Source: Chlamydiota bacterium | Lineage (GTDB): Bacteria > Chlamydiota > Chlamydiia > Chlamydiales > JACKPQ01 | Assembly (NCBI GenBank): GCA_021772435.1 | Contig: JAJFLZ010000018.1 | Location: 199 to 64,198 of the forward strand | Direction of reading: 5' to 3' | Length of the DNA stretch: 64,000 bases | In this document: positions 63,301 to 64,000 of the stretch, one piece after another | How positions within the stretch are numbered: the stretch's first letter is position 1 | Layout: every line of letters starts with the position of its first letter | Notes under the pieces: model-generated | Databases searched by the model: none | What the model was told of the DNA's origin: nothing | What the model saw: only the letters and a program-made list of their open reading frames with translations | Program-made: the position numbers and the translations under genes

Positions 63301-64000
63301 TTTGTCAAGCAAATGCCCAAGCCCAAAGTGGAACACATCGAAGGTCTCTCTCCTGCTATTGCCATCGAACAAAAACACCATGCCGGCAATCCCAGATCGA
63401 CTGTCGGTACCATGACAGAAATTTACGACTACCTGCGCGTTCTCTACACCTACCTTGGCATTGCCTACTGTCCAGAGACTGGCGATGAGATCAAATCCAT
63501 CAGCAAAGACTTTGTGGTAGACAAACTTCTAAAACTTCCCGAAAACACCAAACTCCAAATACTAGCTCCCCTTGAGCTAAAGGCCAGCACAGACTTTACT
63601 GTCCTTTGCGAAAAACTCCAAAAGCAAGGTTTTTTGCGCATCCGCTTTAATGGGACATTTTACGAGCTTGGCGACCAAGTCCCCTTCGAATCTGGCCGCA
63701 AAAACTCTCTAGAACTCGTCATCGATCGCCTAATTATCAAACCCTCGATCAAAAACCGCCTTTTTGAAGCTGTATCAACAGCAACTGCCATCAGCGGCGG
63801 GCAGCTACTTGCTGCTGAAGACAAAAAAGACCACTTCTTCAACCTGGCCTTTGCCGTCCTGAAAACCGGTCGCTCCTACCCGCCAATCACCCCGCACACG
63901 TTTTCCTTCAATACAGAAACAGGTGCTTGCCCCGACTGCACAGGTCTCGGTTTTCAGTGGGGAGCAAATCTGGAGGACTATCCTCAGCTACTTGAGCTAA
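60298..64000 (+). CDS. uvrA: Excinuclease ABC subunit A, tandem-duplicated (fused double UvrA); 3' end beyond window; absent from ORF track
   Basis: Hand translation from ATG 60298 is open to the window end (1234 codons). Module 1 has [49 protein letters not shown], the zinc modules CPDCAG / CPYCKG..CETCDG, and LSGGE twice. After a short linker, a second UvrA N-terminus starts at ~63121 ([42 protein letters not shown]). Confidence 0.9.
   Translation, partial: [1234 protein letters not shown]

Noticed and set aside
1-64000. Search by eye for rRNA, tRNA, CRISPR arrays, transposases, integrases, reverse transcriptases and phage structural genes
   Set aside because: I recognised none of these. 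All intergenic gaps are 400 bp or shorter, and no array of regularly spaced identical repeats with unique spacers is present. This is a visual scan only and would need tRNAscan-SE, Infernal or an ISfinder-type search to confirm.

Overview
Gene-dense chromosomal segment with about 58 protein genes. I saw no rRNA, tRNA, CRISPR array, transposase or integrase. Core genes are zwf-opcA-pgl-tsaD, rpmG-lolCD, ugd, ispA-like, folD, apbE, rnr, ybeY, maf, lptD-like, def-secG-tpiA, xseAB-dxs-nadK, cydAB, dacA-ybbR, LPS acyl/glycosyl-transferases, rsmE, pyk and a double-length uvrA. Several peculiarities (tandem-fused UvrA, DacA-YbbR pair, paired DUF502 genes, L33 sequence, eukaryote-like kinase, ankyrin and TPR proteins) suggest, by inference only, an environmental Chlamydiae-like (PVC) intracellular bacterium. 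Core genes are GC-rich: the 60-nt line starting at 4861 has 37 G+C. They are interrupted by clearly AT-rich accessory patches: the line starting at 5941 has 18 G+C. These patches are 1-1320, 5698-11000, 27188-28165, 30434-31171, 35647-36804, 42728-44850, 47290-49049 and 54024-56100. Two edge-truncated genes missing from the ORF track were recovered by hand: a kinase at 1-1320 (minus) and uvrA at 60298-64000 (plus). Three genes under 60 aa were also recovered: rpmG, a small basic protein, and an NqrM-like Cys4 mini-protein. The most notable observations are these. (1) The 3' tail of tsaD is present three times, differing almost only at synonymous sites, and brackets single-gene cassettes next to an AbiE toxin-antitoxin pair and an unrecognisable 320-aa gene with a consensus leaderless promoter. 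(2) An inverse-autotransporter-type outer-membrane protein carries a beta-helix passenger. (3) A fic gene is grafted 1 nt behind nadK and followed by three palindromes phased at 33 bp, one of which contains a near-consensus promoter for an orphan ATPase. (4) There are four orphan NTPase genes, two with their own inverted-repeat arrays. (5) There are membrane-anchored ankyrin paralogues and a Cys-cluster protein. All functional names rest on motif recognition by eye. No database search or computation was possible.
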